Assembly: GCA_026786225.1 (NCBI GenBank)
Contig: JAJAYN010000459.1
Location: 1 to 27,719, forward strand
DNA: 27,719 bases
Direction: 5' to 3'
Source: Burkholderiales bacterium
Lineage (GTDB): Bacteria; Pseudomonadota; Gammaproteobacteria; Burkholderiales; Usitatibacteraceae
Of this stretch, positions 26,466 through 27,719 are shown one piece after another. How positions within the stretch are numbered: the first letter of the stretch is position 1; each line of letters opens with the position of its first letter. The notes beneath the pieces were generated by a model that made no database searches, was not told where the DNA came from, and worked only from the letters and a program-made list of their open reading frames with translations. A program made the position numbers and the translations under genes.

Positions 26466-27252
26466 GGCGCACCGCAAGATCATGAATGCGCACTGCGGCG
26501 ACGCTGCGCGCGTCGCCCTTGCTGTTGTCCTGCAAGTAGTTACCCGCCTTGAAGTAGTAGCGCAGGGATTTCCACGCCGGGTCGCGTGCGACGAAGTCAT
26601 CGATATAGGTCTTGCCATTGACCGTCATCAGCAAGCGCCCGTGCTCAACTTTGAGCGAGCCTTCATACGTGCTGCCCAAAGGAAAATTGCCGTCAACGTT
26701 ATAGAGAATGTCTTTGCCGCCTTTGGCTTCGGCCTTGACGAGAAACTGCAGGGCGCTGTCCTTCCATTGCGCCTTTACCAGGGGTGGCGCATTGCTGCCG
26801 TCGGTGTTGACACCGTGGATCTGGAACACGATTACCCGGACCCCAGGAGGAACGCTCACCAGCTCTTGACGCAGCGTCATCAGGTGCGTGCCATCGGTCG
26901 TCCAGTTGTCGGCCTTATTGGCCGGATTGATCATTTCACGCAATTCACTGCGCGGATACTTGGCATTGGCGGTACTACCACCGTCGCTCTTCGCCGTGAA
27001 GAGAAGGCTACCGCTCGACTCGACCCGAAAACTGTCGTTCTGGTATCCCTTCGAGAGCCTGTCGGGCTGCACTTCACTTGCCATGGCATCGGGCAGCGTA
27101 AGTTTCCAGTGGCGAAGATCGATGCGCTGTCTATTTCCAGTTGCGGGTTCGAGTACAGACAACGCCAGACTGTCGCTGGTGCGCAGTGCTTGCGGGACGC
27201 CGGAACAGCCGATCAGCGCAGCGCAGGTGACCCATATTGCGGTGCGTTTCAT
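26458..27252 (-). CDS. PL7 alginate lyase, predicted lipoprotein; start ATG 27252
   Basis: All three PL7 signatures are present (RSELRE, QIH, YFKAGNYLQ). The N-terminus MKRTAIWVTCAALIG-C has a lipobox with Cys16. Confidence 0.9.
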   Translation of the reverse strand: MKRTAIWVTCAALIGCSGVPQALRTSDSLALSVLEPATGNRQRIDLRHWKLTLPDAMASEVQPDRLSKGYQNDSFRVESSGSLLFTAKSDGGSTANAKYPRSELREMINPANKADNWTTDGTHLMTLRQELVSVPPGVRVIVFQIHGVNTDGSNAPPLVKAQWKDSALQFLVKAEAKGGKDILYNVDGNFPLGSTYEGSLKVEHGRLLMTVNGKTYIDDFVARDPAWKSLRYYFKAGNYLQDNSKGDARSVAAVRIHDLAVRHE

Positions 27253-27440
27253 ATTGGGCGGGCAAGAAAAGTTGGCGTAGTTGAGTTTCGTTGATTGGCG
27301 GCTCCGGGATGCTCGCCATTTTGTTTTTCCAAATTGTTCATCATTGATATCATTTCGCAAACGGCTGCTGTCGGACTGGGCGCAAGCTGACAAGTATAAA
27401 CTGGCAGTGTGCAACTGCGCATATGAGCCTGTCCTGTCAA

Positions 27441-27719
27441 CGGGTAAAACTGTTCGGCAAGGCACATCGCGTGACGCGAAGTTGCTCGAGAAGCTTGAGG
27501 ATATTGTTGGTCTGTATATGTCGCCGCCGGAGAACGCGCTGGTGTTGTGCTGCGACGAGAAGAGTCAGGTGCAAGCGCTGGATCGCACACACCCCGGCCT
27601 GCCGTTGAAGAAGGGGCGCGCAGCCACCATGACGCATGACGACAAGTGCAACGGCACGACCACGTTGTTTGCTGCGCTCAAAGTGCTCAATGGTGAAATC
27701 ATTGCCCAGTGTCAGAAGC
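27441..27719 (+). mobile_element. IS630-family transposase remnant (5'-truncated, runs off the window)
   Basis: RVKLF, then a frameshift to [69 protein letters not shown]. The canonical THDYKRHG is degraded and the HTH part is absent. Confidence 0.88.

Noticed and set aside
26466-26618. 51-aa N-terminal extension of the kinase ORF
   Set aside because: It overlaps the PL7 coding region. ATG 26465 is coupled to the PL7 stop.
26380-27294. 304-aa plus-strand ORF
   Set aside because: It is an antisense shadow of the PL7 gene with no recognisable motifs.
27253-27465. 71-aa N-terminal extension of the PL7 ORF
   Set aside because: It would bury the lipoprotein signal and reaches into the IS630 remnant; ATG 27252 is preferred.
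1-27719. CRISPR array, rRNA, standard tRNA or defence systems
   Set aside because: No repeat-spacer periodicity was seen. The only tRNA-like sequences are the tmRNA and its partial copies.

Overview
The window has two parts. The left ~4.9 kb is conserved proteobacterial core: the 3' end of ompA, an MTA/SAH-deaminase-type amidohydrolase, ubiG, an extra Tat-exported DUF1501 gene, a HAD phosphatase, and the tmRNA gene ssrA (tag ANDENYALAA). Gene order and protein style suggest a betaproteobacterium, but that is inference. From ssrA to the window end lies what looks like an immobilised genomic island. It starts with a structured ~215-bp segment carrying extra copies of the ssrA 3' end, followed by a decayed P4-type integrase. 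Next come a hexR / edd-eda Entner-Doudoroff module with a zwf remnant and IS-end scars. The main cargo is a near-complete alginate-utilisation system: TonB-dependent receptor, LacI regulator, probable DEH reductase, AlgS/M1/M2/Q-type ABC importer, PL15 exo-oligoalginate lyase, an uncharacterised secreted beta-helix protein, a MATE transporter, a PfkB sugar-acid kinase and a PL7 lipoprotein lyase. The window ends inside an IS630 remnant. The most interesting items are the beta-helix protein (candidate new alginate lyase or epimerase), the hybrid TonB-receptor plus AlgQ-ABC island as a whole, and the ssrA 3' copy split at its T-loop by a 101-nt hairpin-rich insert. Family assignments come from motifs and remembered family sequences; no database search or alignment was run.
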